64,000 bases of DNA, taken from contig NMRA01000204.1 in the NCBI GenBank assembly GCA_002633005.1, positions 190,260-254,259 of the forward strand, given 5' to 3'. The position numbers and the translations under genes are program-made. The notes beneath the pieces are model-generated. The model was given only the letters and a program-made list of their open reading frames with translations, did no database searches and was not told where the DNA came from. The first letter of the stretch is position 1; every line of letters begins with the position of its first letter. The DNA is from Phoronis australis. Taxonomy: Eukaryota; Animalia; Phoronida. Below, one piece after another: positions 38,546 to 50,163 of the stretch.

Positions 38546-40117
38546 CTCATATCTGTACTGTATGCAATGTAAACTGGTGGCATATCAACTCTCTGAAATA
38601 ACTCTTATAATTCAATTTAGAATATTTTACTTCTTAGTATCAAAGATGCATTACAACAGTCATTTTTTAATAAAATGAAACGTTTGAATAAGAGTGCCGA
38701 GAAATCTGATGTAGTGAGCAAGTTCCACTCGCAGTTTCACGTTTCCAGTTATTTTTATTAATGAAAATTGAAAAAAGGCTCATAATACCTTTCAGAGAAA
38801 GTATGTTATACCACACTGACCAAAAACCCTTTCATGAAAGATAAAATTGCCAGCTCCCAGACGGAGTCTAAACTCTCACCTCAGATTGCTATCTTAGTCT
38901 AGAATTGCAATTGTCAACACTCCACTATGTTATTGCTGAACACAGAACTTAACTGGCAGGTTGTCCTGTATTGTAAAACATTAGAAGCTTCGGACTCCAA
39001 TGATTGTCAAAATTGATTTTTTGCCCGTTTTCACTAAAAACTTCTAACATTGTTATGATGGACCATTATAAACTCTGATTTACTGTGTGCCCGCATGGAG
39101 TCTGGGGCAGCTATGGTATATTAGCTTAAAATTATAGCTATCAGTTTTGTGGGATTTTTATCCCTTGGTACTTATTGTCCATTCCAATTTGATAATCCAC
39201 ATTGGTGTCGAATGACCCAGGTGGGCTGTCTATACCCCTGAAAATCATCGGAAATGTTGTGAAACACAAACTTAGGATATAAAGCAAATGCAGCTCATTT
39301 TTAATCATTGTATATTCAAACACTAAAGTGACAACACGGACACATCAGCAATTATAACATAATGGGTGTTCTGTTTGATATCAAGTTATTAGTAACCAGT
39401 TTTAATCCAAAAGCTAATTAAAGACTAGCATTTACAAGTTGAATTGTTCAGCATTGCATATGTTGCAGATGAGATAGTATTAGTGAGTGAAGGAATCATG
39501 TATTCTTTAGCTTTTAAAGAGTTTTTCGTGTTTTTTGTGTTTTCAAAATCCAGCGATTGTGTAACAGAACAAGGCATGAATTGTGCTGTTATTGTGGCTC
39601 CTTATGGCCATTTAATTCCTGTTACTGCATTTCTTGAACCATTTAGTGCACTGTGTGATAGATGATGAACTTTTATTTGAAGTTTCTCAGCAAAATTTAA
39701 CATTTATCACTTCATGTGTGACCTCTATGATATTGTATAAATGTCTTGAACTACTCCAGTAAATAAACAAGCCGGTTGCAACAGGCATGACTGTGCTTTA
39801 ATTTCACTGCTCGTACTCAGCAAGTCTGCTACGCTGTTTGAGGAATTTTTCAAATGTTATTAAGTTTTTGTTAGCTATGACAGTTTTCCCCGTAAGTGTT
39901 TCACTTCCAAAGCATTCTTTTCTAATGCTGTGGTATTAAGTGAAACACGGACCGACATGGTGTCCTGGTGTTTCATTTTCCATCCAGCATTTCGGCCAGC
40001 ATGATTCTGTTGCTTGACCTGTTGTTTACTTAATATGTTTTTGCAGGTTACATTAATCGGTTATCACCTGCATAATATCAACTACAGTTGACACCTTGTC
40101 AGACCTAAAAGCTTGGT

Positions 40118-41344
40118 TAAGTAAGTAAGTAAGTAATTTTTTATTGTAGTGACATGTGATTCAAATGAATTTAAACAATGAATACGTTACAAAGACTAGG
40201 AACACCCAGCCCTCCACGGGGCTTATAAGTCACTTTAGATACATGATACAAAAAAGAAAAGACAAGTGTACGCGCATTGCAAGAGGACCAGAAAGAGAAG
40301 GCCGAGATAAAAGTGATCATAAATGAATATAATTTTTCCTTACTTCAAAAGTATTTTTGATGAAAACTGAAGTTTTCCTAATAACATCTTTTTGCATGAT
40401 TGTGATTAATTTACTTTCACAGCTTTCTGCACGGAAACGTGGATATTTAATCTCAACTTGACAATAAAAGGTGTTTCTGGCATCTAAGAATAACGGACAC
40501 TCAAACAGAAAATGTAGTTCAGTTTCGACCTGACCAGTGTGACAAAGACAGCAAATTCTGTCATCAAAATCTAGAGAACGAAAACGCCCAACCTCAACCA
40601 ATAGCTGTAGGGTTCCGGTTCTAATTTGAGCAAGAATTGACCTACTAGGCCGAGTTAAGTCTAGATGCACGTAAGGCTCAACTTCAAAGACATTCTTCAT
40701 CAAAACATAGGTTCTTAACTTTGGTTTCGAACGGCTTTCAAACAACCACCTATCACAGGCTAAATCATGTAAAATATTCTTACAGTGAGACAGATTACCT
40801 GAACGTAAGTTATGAAAACAATCCGAAATCCCTAATTCTTCAAAAATGCTCAAGACTTCAGAAGACCAATTATTAGTACAAGTAGTGTAGTCCCACCAAA
40901 ATATTCGGTATGTTAGTCTATCATCCTCGAAATTAATAATACGATTCCACATTCTCAAAAGCTCAATTTTCCGCCTAACACTGGGGAATTCCCACCCCAT
41001 GTCACCCATAACAGGATGATTAGGAGCGAATTTGTGAACACCCAAGAAAAATCGCGCGGCTCTATTCTGAATGACATCATAATCCTGTAGACTAGAGCCG
41101 CCTCAGACACCTACGCAATAATCTCTAACAGGCACAACACGAGCATTGAATAATGTAGTGAACGTTCTGTACCTCATATTTTTATNACGCGCGGGTCCTT
41201 CTCTGACCCCTTTGGGATAGGCATAATAACGGATTTAGCCCATAAACTAGGAACCATAGCGTAACGAAAAACCATTTGGAACAAATAAGTCAAAAGGTCA
41301 ATAGCGTTATCATTTTTACATACTTCATAACAAATATAAGTAAG
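40118..41344 (-). mobile_element. 5'-truncated non-LTR retrotransposon (RTEX-like LINE)
   Basis: ORF2 C-terminus with KLRTY...RICCLC...ETELHFLFEC zinc knuckle (40317-41185), one in-frame TGA near 41103. RT N-terminal part (WAKSVIMPIPKG..KDPR) at 41187-41336. AATAAA and a (TTAC)n tail at the 3' end. The RT core is missing at the N join (41186). Confidence 0.9.
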
Positions 41345-41679
41345 ACTTAAATGAGTTTCCCACCTCACCACCTTTTTTGTTCTTCTACAGTCACTTCTGT
41401 TAGTCCAAGATGTTTTCAAAAATTTTAATGACCAATCCCTTATTCCTAAACGGCAGGAGGCAGAAGGTACTGGCAATTTTGGTTCAGGTCCTTGAAATTC
41501 AAGTTCTGAATCAAGTTTGACTAATTAATCAGCTGCCTCATTACGCTGAATGTCACGGCGTCCAGGCCTCCAGGCCACTGTGATACAATTAGGTGTTCCT
41601 AAATTATTTACGTGATACATTGCTGAACAATGTGTGACTTCAAAAATTGTTTTTAAGGCTTTAATAGCTGCCTGCAATT

Positions 41680-42138
41680 GACAGCGTTTTTCCGTTCAGT
41701 GACTTTACCAGAGGTAAAGGATTGTGAGGGCGTGATAACATCTAGCTTCTTTGTTAACTGCCAAGCACCGTCAGTCTTTTGTCTGGTATGACAACAGGCA
41801 GGCCAATTATCTACCAGGCTTATTACAGACCACATGTGAACAGGACCAAACCCAGAGCGAATTGGTAAATTTGGAAAGAATAGATTGCTTTAACTTCAGT
41901 TGTAATTGGGCAATTTTGGCAATTCAAAAATTAAACATGAACACCTCTTGAAGATTTCATAAATGCTATTGGTTTATGTTCAAATATGTTATAACATAAC
42001 TTTTATTTTAGGAGCCCTGCTGAAGTCAGGGTAGATGGGATCTTATTGGAGATTAGACCAATTATCGAACAAAAGAGAGCTGGCCCTTCAGCCATAAATG
42101 CCAGAATACAAAATGAGAGCAACGGGGAAAACGCCGTA
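41680..42138. mobile_element. MITE family 2, copy 2
   Basis: Ends gacagcgtttttccgtt / aacggggaaaacgccgt; colinear with 25774-26257. Confidence 0.78.
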
Positions 42139-44500
42139 ATGGACTATCTGACAGGATAGCTGCAGATGTATTTTGAATTCCCTTTTCGAGCATTTATTCT
42201 GCAACTATAGAAACTACAAAGGCCTCTGCTTGGGAAACAGATAAAGAGATTTTGCAGTAAGGCGGTATATCAGTCGGGTATTCAATACGAAAACCTGCAC
42301 CAACCTGTTCATTTATTTTTAACCATCATGATGTGCTTTGATGGCAGCTTACACCAATTTCCTTTTATATTCTATAGCACCATTTCTGTTTAGAATAACA
42401 CATCCCACAGGAAACTAGAACGCACACTCCTCACATAGATATCGGTAATAGGCGTATCCATTGTTCACTGTGTTTTTCTTATAATAAAGATAATGGTAAG
42501 CATTTATTGGTAACCAGCTGATGTGCTCCCAAGGTACAATATCCGTTCGACCCGATTTCTTACATCCAACAAGTATGCAACAAAGTAAAACAATGGTAGT
42601 GTTCCATAGGCGATAACCATGCGAGGCGCTTACGCCCGTCGCCTGAATGGCACACGTTAAGCAATAGCTTGCGGCAACTTCCATACGACATCATTTGGCA
42701 TGGGATTCAGTGAGTTCGCATGCACAGCAATACAAGTGCATTTCTAGCACTGTTAAACATATCAAAGCTGTAAGGTTCACTTGTTTCAGTTGTATCAAAA
42801 TATTTAAGGCAGTATTAATCAGACAGCACTAAATACTGTTGCCAAAAGAATTATTCTGAAATGTCACTTAAGGTTATGATACGGACCTGATTGACATATC
42901 TGTATATTTAGCTAAATATTTAGAAAAGTATAGATTTTAACTTTATGTTAATAAAGGTATGTATTTCTGAAGGAAATCTGTAGACTTTGGTTTTTCTCAG
43001 TGACCATTTTCCTTTTAGTAAAATTTAGCTAAAACAAAGGTGTATTGATAGCAAAACAACAGTATCAATAACATGATCAAATTTGATTTGATATGAATGT
43101 TCAAGATGAGATCTTAAAAATGCTATTGCAGTTTTCTACAATATTATTTCGTTTTCCTCCGATGTAGATTTGAAGTTTTTTGCGAAGTCGTGACAGCCAC
43201 TCATACAAAAGCGGAACACTTTAATAGCAATTCCTTGCAGCATTTCAGAGAACATTGTATAAAGGGTCATGGTAACTGACAATCCCAGCTGTTTCTGAAA
43301 TGTGACATTCTGAAGTTAGCCAAATTTGGACATAGTTTCTAGAGTCCTACATAACCTTGAAGTGGCGATAAACGGTCTTCCAGCACCAAAAAACGGACAC
43401 CCAAGGTTGTGCCACTGGTATGAAATTATTCCTTTGTCAACTGAAGATGATTTCAGGGCTTTGAAAGAGCTGACAGTTTGCCATTGCTCGAGTCCAAGCT
43501 CTACAAGAATGCTTGTCACAGTGTGTCATTTTGTATGTGCTGGGCATGGTCTCAACTGACAAGCTGTTCTTTGCAAAAGCAAAAATCGCATGTCATGTGA
43601 GTAGGGAACAAGTTGAAGCTAAGTTCCCATGAGGTAGGAGTTGTAAATTAAAAGTTTGCTTCTTGGTGCTGATACTGAGCCCCAGGTCATATATTTTGAA
43701 ATTACCGAGCCTGTTTTCAGAAAATGTGCCTGCTTATACATGGATTGAGGACCAATAAGTTACCTTGTAGATAAGCCATAACATGTACATTTTGGAATAA
43801 ACTGTTTCTCATAAAGCCAGTTATTTTTTGTTTGGCTCTCAATGACACTGCCTGTGTTGAAAACTAAGCAACTGAGATTTTAATTACAACTCTGAAAGTA
43901 TGCCCTTGAGCCTATGTTGGAAACTTCCCTATTTTGGCCAATGGGAGTTTATTTTGGTGCCAATGTTTGTGGAAATCTGAGTAGAATTTACATAAATTAG
44001 ATTTAACTAGATCAACAAATTTTATTTGTGTGAATCGAAATCTGACTTTTCTGCAGGGACTGGTGAATGAACTAGAACATTCTTACAATGGAATGTTTTG
44101 AGAATTGTCAGTGAAGATCTGTGCCATCCGGAGCACCTCAGTATTAACGTCAGCCTCAAGTTATCCCTCGGAGGTGGTTCATATATATATGCAGATGTGT
44201 GAACTTCAATCATTATGGGAAATAATGCTACTTTCACAATGAGTAATGCGAGAGAAGGCGATGGGATTTCCCATGTGTTAAAAGCCCGGATTGGCTCCAA
44301 AAATGAGTAGGGGTCTGCTACTTGAATGTCAAAATCCAGACTGATGCAATACCCTTGGCAGATGACAAAATACCAAACCTGAGACAACGCTAAATGATGA
44401 AAGGCTCTCCCTGCGACAATACCAAGACTAAAATACCTAACCGAGACCATTACTTTTCGCTGTCAACACCTTTTTAACAGAGTGTTTTTGACAGCAAAAA

Positions 44501-44656
44501 CCATAGAAGTTCGGGTTGACGTCCATGCTCACTTAAGCGCCCATTCCCAACTTTTGGTGGATTTGCGATTTAAGCGCCCACATCTAAACCACCCACTCCC
44601 CGAATTTTTTGGTTTGCCAGTGTGACCTCCCTGGGCGCTAATCCAAACGTTTATGG
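44501..44656. mobile_element. Old short copy of the 19318-19670 MITE family
   Basis: ccatagaagttcgggttgacgtcc...gggcgctaatccaaacgtttatgg|ta with internal ttaagcgccca motifs. Confidence 0.75.
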
Positions 44657-47051
44657 TAGGTCAGTCCAAATACGCAACTGCCATTATATTACACAAAGTA
44701 CTTGAATGGATACAATGATTTAACTCCGAGTGATCTTCATAGGAGTTGTACGGAAAAGTGTCTGCCTGACATTCTTAGCACTTGTGGTTGGTCCTTGGTT
44801 TCTTGCAAATTTATTTCTATGATAACAAATTCTAGGTAAAAATATTGATGCAACTATTTCACTTATTTCACCCACCTGAGACCATACCTGGAAGTATCCC
44901 AGATACCTACCCGCGGCAATTTGTCAAGCCAAATTACCCACCTGAGAACATACCTCAGAGTGGACCAAGTACCACAGAGCCCGAGTTGGTGGCACATCCC
45001 GCACCCCTGTAACCCCGGGGTGAACAGGCTTTAACAAGGTTAACAGACCATCAAGAGGCAGGCTAAGGTTTTAGAATGACAGTCAAGTATGACCTGAGAT
45101 CTGTGTGGCATGGTTTTAGCCATCTCTTTCACCAAATCTTTTGCTGTTGTGATTGAAGTTAGGTCATGGACAGGTATGAAACACTTCCAAGGGATAGTTT
45201 GAGGCTATAAAAATACCTAGGGACTCACTGTTCTGGATCCCTGTGTGTGACTTGTCTGATCGTTTGATTGTTTCTAGTAGTTGTGAATGATCTGTCATCA
45301 AGCTACAGGTGTGGCTGAACTGGTATGTTCAAATCAGGAGCTCATTACCTGCTATTCATCCAGGGCTTGTAGAAAAGCTCAGTGCTTTATGATTTCATTC
45401 GAAGTCCAGCTGAGCTCATACCAGCTGCCTGGAGTTGATACATATTTTATAGCATTATAATGACAAAGAGAAGACAGTTTTAATTAATCTTATTAATCAA
45501 TAAACGTTTGGAAACAGCGTTTGTGCTAACTACTGAACATGCAATCAAATCACTATTTCTGAAATACATTTGTATCATTGATCTACACATTTCTCATGGC
45601 TATAGTAGGATGTCATGTAGCTTCACGGTCCCTGCCTTGAACATTCATGTGTGTTCATAAACTGGTTTAGAAAAAAAAAAACGCACTAGCAGTTAAAAGT
45701 TGATATATATACCATGTCCTGATGTCAAAAACAACTTTTAAAATTTTAAAATCTGAAAGCCCATATATTTTTTACTTCTTGTAAAGAAAATGGAAATCAA
45801 GAAATTCTAGGTTGATGTTAGTTCCTTGCTTTGTTATTGCATAGAGCCAAGGGTTCTTGTGCCTTTGCCTGTCAAAAAGGACGAATATGCATCAGATGAG
45901 TTTTTAGGTAATAGTTAGGGATACTAAATGCACTGTAGAATGCAAAAATGGCTGTCATTTGCTTTCTCTGTGTTTGCGTCCAGATGTGGGGGTTCAGGGG
46001 GTGAGACATTTTGGGGGTTGGGGTTACCACAGCCTTGAGATGATCTAGCGCAAATGACCAACCAGACAAAAATTAACTTGAACTCGCTGCTGATGTTATC
46101 ATTCAGTAGATAATCAGAACCATCATAAACACACCATATTTTTTTAAAGTTTTTGCTTTAAAAGTTTGTAAATAACATATTTAAATAGTTTGTGAAAATT
46201 GGACAAGAAATGAGATTTTTGCACCCTACAGCAGTAGCAATGTTGTGATATTTTGCTTCTCATTAATTATGATGGGTGTGTAACATACCTCGGCCAATTA
46301 CCAAACCAGAAGACAGCAGTTATACTTGGAGGTAAGCCAAGTGCCATGGTGCAATTCTTGGCATGTCAGGTTTAATTCAAATTGCAACTGTCTGTCCTAT
46401 AGAGAAGGAACCGAATCACCATCTGTGTGCTTGTAGAATTTAGTTATAGGGGTACTCTTCTCTCACTACATATCCACGGACCATTATTTTTTTGTCACTT
46501 CTACCAGTGCCTTGGGATCTGTCGCATGGATGCAGATCTCATGAGATGGGGGTGGAGTTGCCCTAGAGGGATCTTGTGACGGGGGAAACTCACTGGCCAT
46601 TTGCGGGCTCTGTATTGGTCACCTTCGCTTTAAATAGATTGTCATCAGGTAGTAAGTGAATTTTATAATATTTATGTTTGTGGCTGCTCTACTGAAATGC
46701 CTGCTTCCATATATTCAGCTGATTGAGTCTGCCAAAATCGTGTTAATCCTCTTGCGCATGTGCAAGGTTACAAGCAGCCTCTGAGGTAATGTCCTTGCAC
46801 TCACAAGCATGTAATACTATGTAGGGTATTAGATTAATGCTTTTGTCTAAAAACTCATTGTGGTGTGGCCATCAGTTCTTTGGTGAACCCACAAAGCCAG
46901 TGTTTTTAAATGAGATAGCCCCTATTGTTGACTTTTGTAAACCTTCATTGCAGTGCAAATCCTCAACATGAGCTTGCTTAAAATTGGCTCTTGTGTTTTT
47001 TGGGTGGAGAGCATTTTTACCAGCCAATTCTAACAACACTGGGCTGTTGTA

Positions 47052-47183
47052 GGCCTGCAGCCTGTTTCATTAAAATGTCATAACTTTTTGATGTGTTTTA
47101 CTCTGCTTCTAAATAGAGACTCCATTTATACTCTGTGCACAACCCCTCGTACTGTTACATTTTAGTGAAACAAGCTCCTGGCC
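47052..47183. mobile_element. Small MITE with ~27-bp imperfect TIRs
   Basis: ggcctgcagcctgtttcattaaaatgt versus acattttagtgaaacaagctcctggcc. Confidence 0.65.
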
Positions 47184-47593
47184 TGCATTTGATTCCCGTT
47201 GACCGTTTTGGAAACATGGTGCCATTCAGAATAAATTTTGCAAAAGTGCTCTGTGTATGATGCACTTTGTGAAAGTGATTCATTTCCAGAGGTGGAGATA
47301 TCTTATTGCTGCATTTGACTGGACTTGTTGTATCTTTATTATTCGACTTCAAATAGATTCTTCCTGACTCGATGTTTCTACACAATTAGACACACTTTTC
47401 CTCTAAAACAGTTCTTTTAGCAGATGACTAAGGCATTAACATTGTCATTCCTTGCCCATTAAAGCCATTTCTTCAATGATTTATTTTGTTTTGCTAAGTC
47501 TAGCGTTACTCGAATTAATTACTGAAATTATTCTGATCACCGTTGTCAAGGAAACTGATTTAAGGTACTGGTTTGATGCTGGTAAGTAAACTN

Positions 47594-48040
47594 CAAGCAT
47601 GTAATACTATGTAGGGTATTAGATTAATGCTTTTGTCTAAAAACCGTTGACCGTTTTGGAAACATGGTGCCATTCAGAATAAATTTTGCAAAAGTGCTCT
47701 GTGTATGATGCACTTTGTGAAAGTGATTCATTTCCAGAGGTGGAGATATCTTATTGCTGCATTTGACTGGACTTGTTATATCTTTATTGTTCGACTTCAA
47801 ATAGATTCTTCCTGACTCGATGTTTCTACACAATTAGACACACTTTTCCTCTAAAACAGTTCTTTTAGCAGATGACTAAGGCATTAACATTGTCATTCCT
47901 TGCCCATTAAAGCCATTTCTTCAATGATTTATTTTGTTTTGCTAAGTCTAGCGTTACTCGAATTAATTACTGAAATTATTCTGATCACCGTTGTCAAGGA
48001 AACTGATTTAAGGTACTGGTTTGATGCTGGTAAGTAAACT
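47594..48040. other. Probable alternative-haplotype copy (assembly artefact)
   Basis: Follows a single N (47593) and duplicates 46804-46853 plus 47196-47592 with two substitutions. Confidence 0.75.
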
Positions 48041-48740
48041 AGTGCACTTAATTGTTAACTATATGCTATGGAAGATAAGTATAGTCATTTGATGTCATTT
48101 TTACTAGTTTCAGGTCAGCTTTGTCATTCAACTTTGATGGTCACATTCCTATTTCGGATTGAAGTGTTTCCTGGTACGGTTGCTTGCGTCAGGAAGCATT
48201 GTGGCTTTTTATAGATGCTCCCTTCAAAAGTTGGTTTTGAATGTCAACTGTAGTTTTTCATTTTATTAGTTGTACCCTCAAAAATTAATGAGTACCATAG
48301 TACCATAAACTGAGACAACATGTCGATTTTAAAGCATTAACTATATGAATATAAAAGATTCAGCCAAACATGTATTCAGTATTGCAAAAAAAATTAAATT
48401 AAGGTTTTACGTATCCCTAATTTTCTAAGAGAGTACGGTTAGTACATTTAATTCTGTCATTTCTGTTTTGAATGATTTTTTTCTGGTACATTGACAGAAC
48501 TCATGATGGAGATATTAACTGGCATCTTTTTAAAATCTTAAAAGTACATTATTATGATGGACTCTTTTTCTCAGTGATTATTTCAGGCTAACCAGTTTAC
48601 ACTGTAGTCTCAATCAGTTTGTTTTCTGAAAAGTGCGATTTCACCCTCCACCATTACACCTTTAGGCTGGTGTGATTATCATTTGGCGTTTTTACATGGG
48701 GAACATTGTCACGGTGTGACTTGCTATGCTTAACTGTGAC

Positions 48741-49100
48741 TTAAGTCGCATTTACATGACATTAGATTGCACACTGGATCAGAATGAATCAGTCACAGAC
48801 TGTCTGCGCATGCTCACATAAACAATAGCAAATGTTCAAACCATGTGGAATGCCAGTGGATCACCCGTATACATGCTATTACTGACGCAAGCGCATTGAA
48901 AGATGATCCCTTTCCACCCTGTCCCAGTTGTGCTTGGACGTGTAGTTGACACTGGAGCAACTGATCAAGTGCAACTCGCTCTATCTCATATACCATTGTC
49001 TAAAATGGCCGCCATGGTGTCAGCTTGCTCCGTGTCAGTCGCATTTACATATACACTTGCGCCCGATGGCACCCAGTCCAATTGTTAGTAGCTCCATGAC
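48741..49100. repeat. Diverged local paralogue of ~49999-50350
   Basis: Both begin ttaagtcgcatttaca and stay colinear through ...tggccgcc for ~350 bp with many substitutions. Confidence 0.75.
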
Positions 49101-49855
49101 AGCTGTATGCAGTTATTCATACACATTAGCACTGATTTAATCAAGCATTAACAAGCCGGTATTGGCATTTCTATTGCTTATTTTCCATGTTGCTTTTATG
49201 TGACCACATGTATACATACATACATTTGTATATGTATATGTATACATATTTGCGTGCGTACATTTACAAATGAATAACAACAGTTATAATTTTATATTAT
49301 TCGCTATTGTTGTTCATTTACAGGTTATTCAATGAAACAATTGTATGAAAGAAAGTCGGCTTCCAAAATACACAGATATGTAAAGGCAGTATGAGATGTT
49401 TGGCGGGATTTCGTTTTGTCTACACAAAACATGATTTTTACTATTTTTTAAGGAAAGAATCTTAAAAGCAAGAACGTGGACAAATTGAAACAGAACGCTT
49501 ATAGTGCTAAAGTAACAAATATTGGAACAAGATATTAACAAATATTAACCAGTTACTGCCCGCCGTTGATCTTTAAAAATTGATCTTTATTTTGCAAAAG
49601 CTTCTAAAGCTGCTTTAACAAGATAGACAGTTGTCACTGTGTTGATGCAACTAATGCTCTACTTTAAGTCGCATTTACACAACATTAGATCGCAAACTGG
49701 ATCAGCACGAGTCACTTACACTAAGACTGTCTGCACATGCTCACATAAACAGTAGCGAATGTCCAAAGCACGTGGAATGCCAGCTGATCAACGGAATACA
49801 TGCTATTGGACAAGCACATTGAAAGACNCCTTGTGATATCCTAGATCCGCCACTG

Positions 49856-50163
49856 TATTGGAACAAGATATTAACAAATATTAACTAGTTACTGCCCGCC
49901 GTTGATCTTTAAAAATTGATCTTTATTTTGCAAAAGCTTCTAAAGCTGCTTTAACAAGATAGACAGTTGTCACTGTGTTGATGCAACTAATGCTCCACTT
50001 TAAGTCGCATTTACACAACATTAGATCGCAAACTGGATCAGCACGAGTCACTTACACTAAGACTGTCTGCACATGCTCACATAAACAGTAGCGAATGTCC
50101 AAAGCACGTGGAATGCCAGCTGATCAACGGAATACATGCTATTGGACAAGCACATTGAAAGAC
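49856..50163. other. Probable alternative-haplotype copy (assembly artefact)
   Basis: 308-bp duplicate of 49520-49827 with two substitutions, separated by a single N (49828) and a 27-bp MITE end. Confidence 0.75.

Noticed and set aside
41391-41466. Possible + strand exon (SLLLVQDVFKNFNDQSLIPKRQEAE)
   Set aside because: Good acceptor but weak donor (gtactg), no recognisable homology, and phase incompatible with the 36205-36242 candidate.
46622-46649. Minus-strand CUGAUGA...CGAAG as a hammerhead
   Set aside because: No stem II and no GAAA box.
47155-47833. Two near-identical ORFs (MCRNIESGR...) as duplicated genes
   Set aside because: They arise from the haplotype duplication around the N at 47593 and have no coding features.
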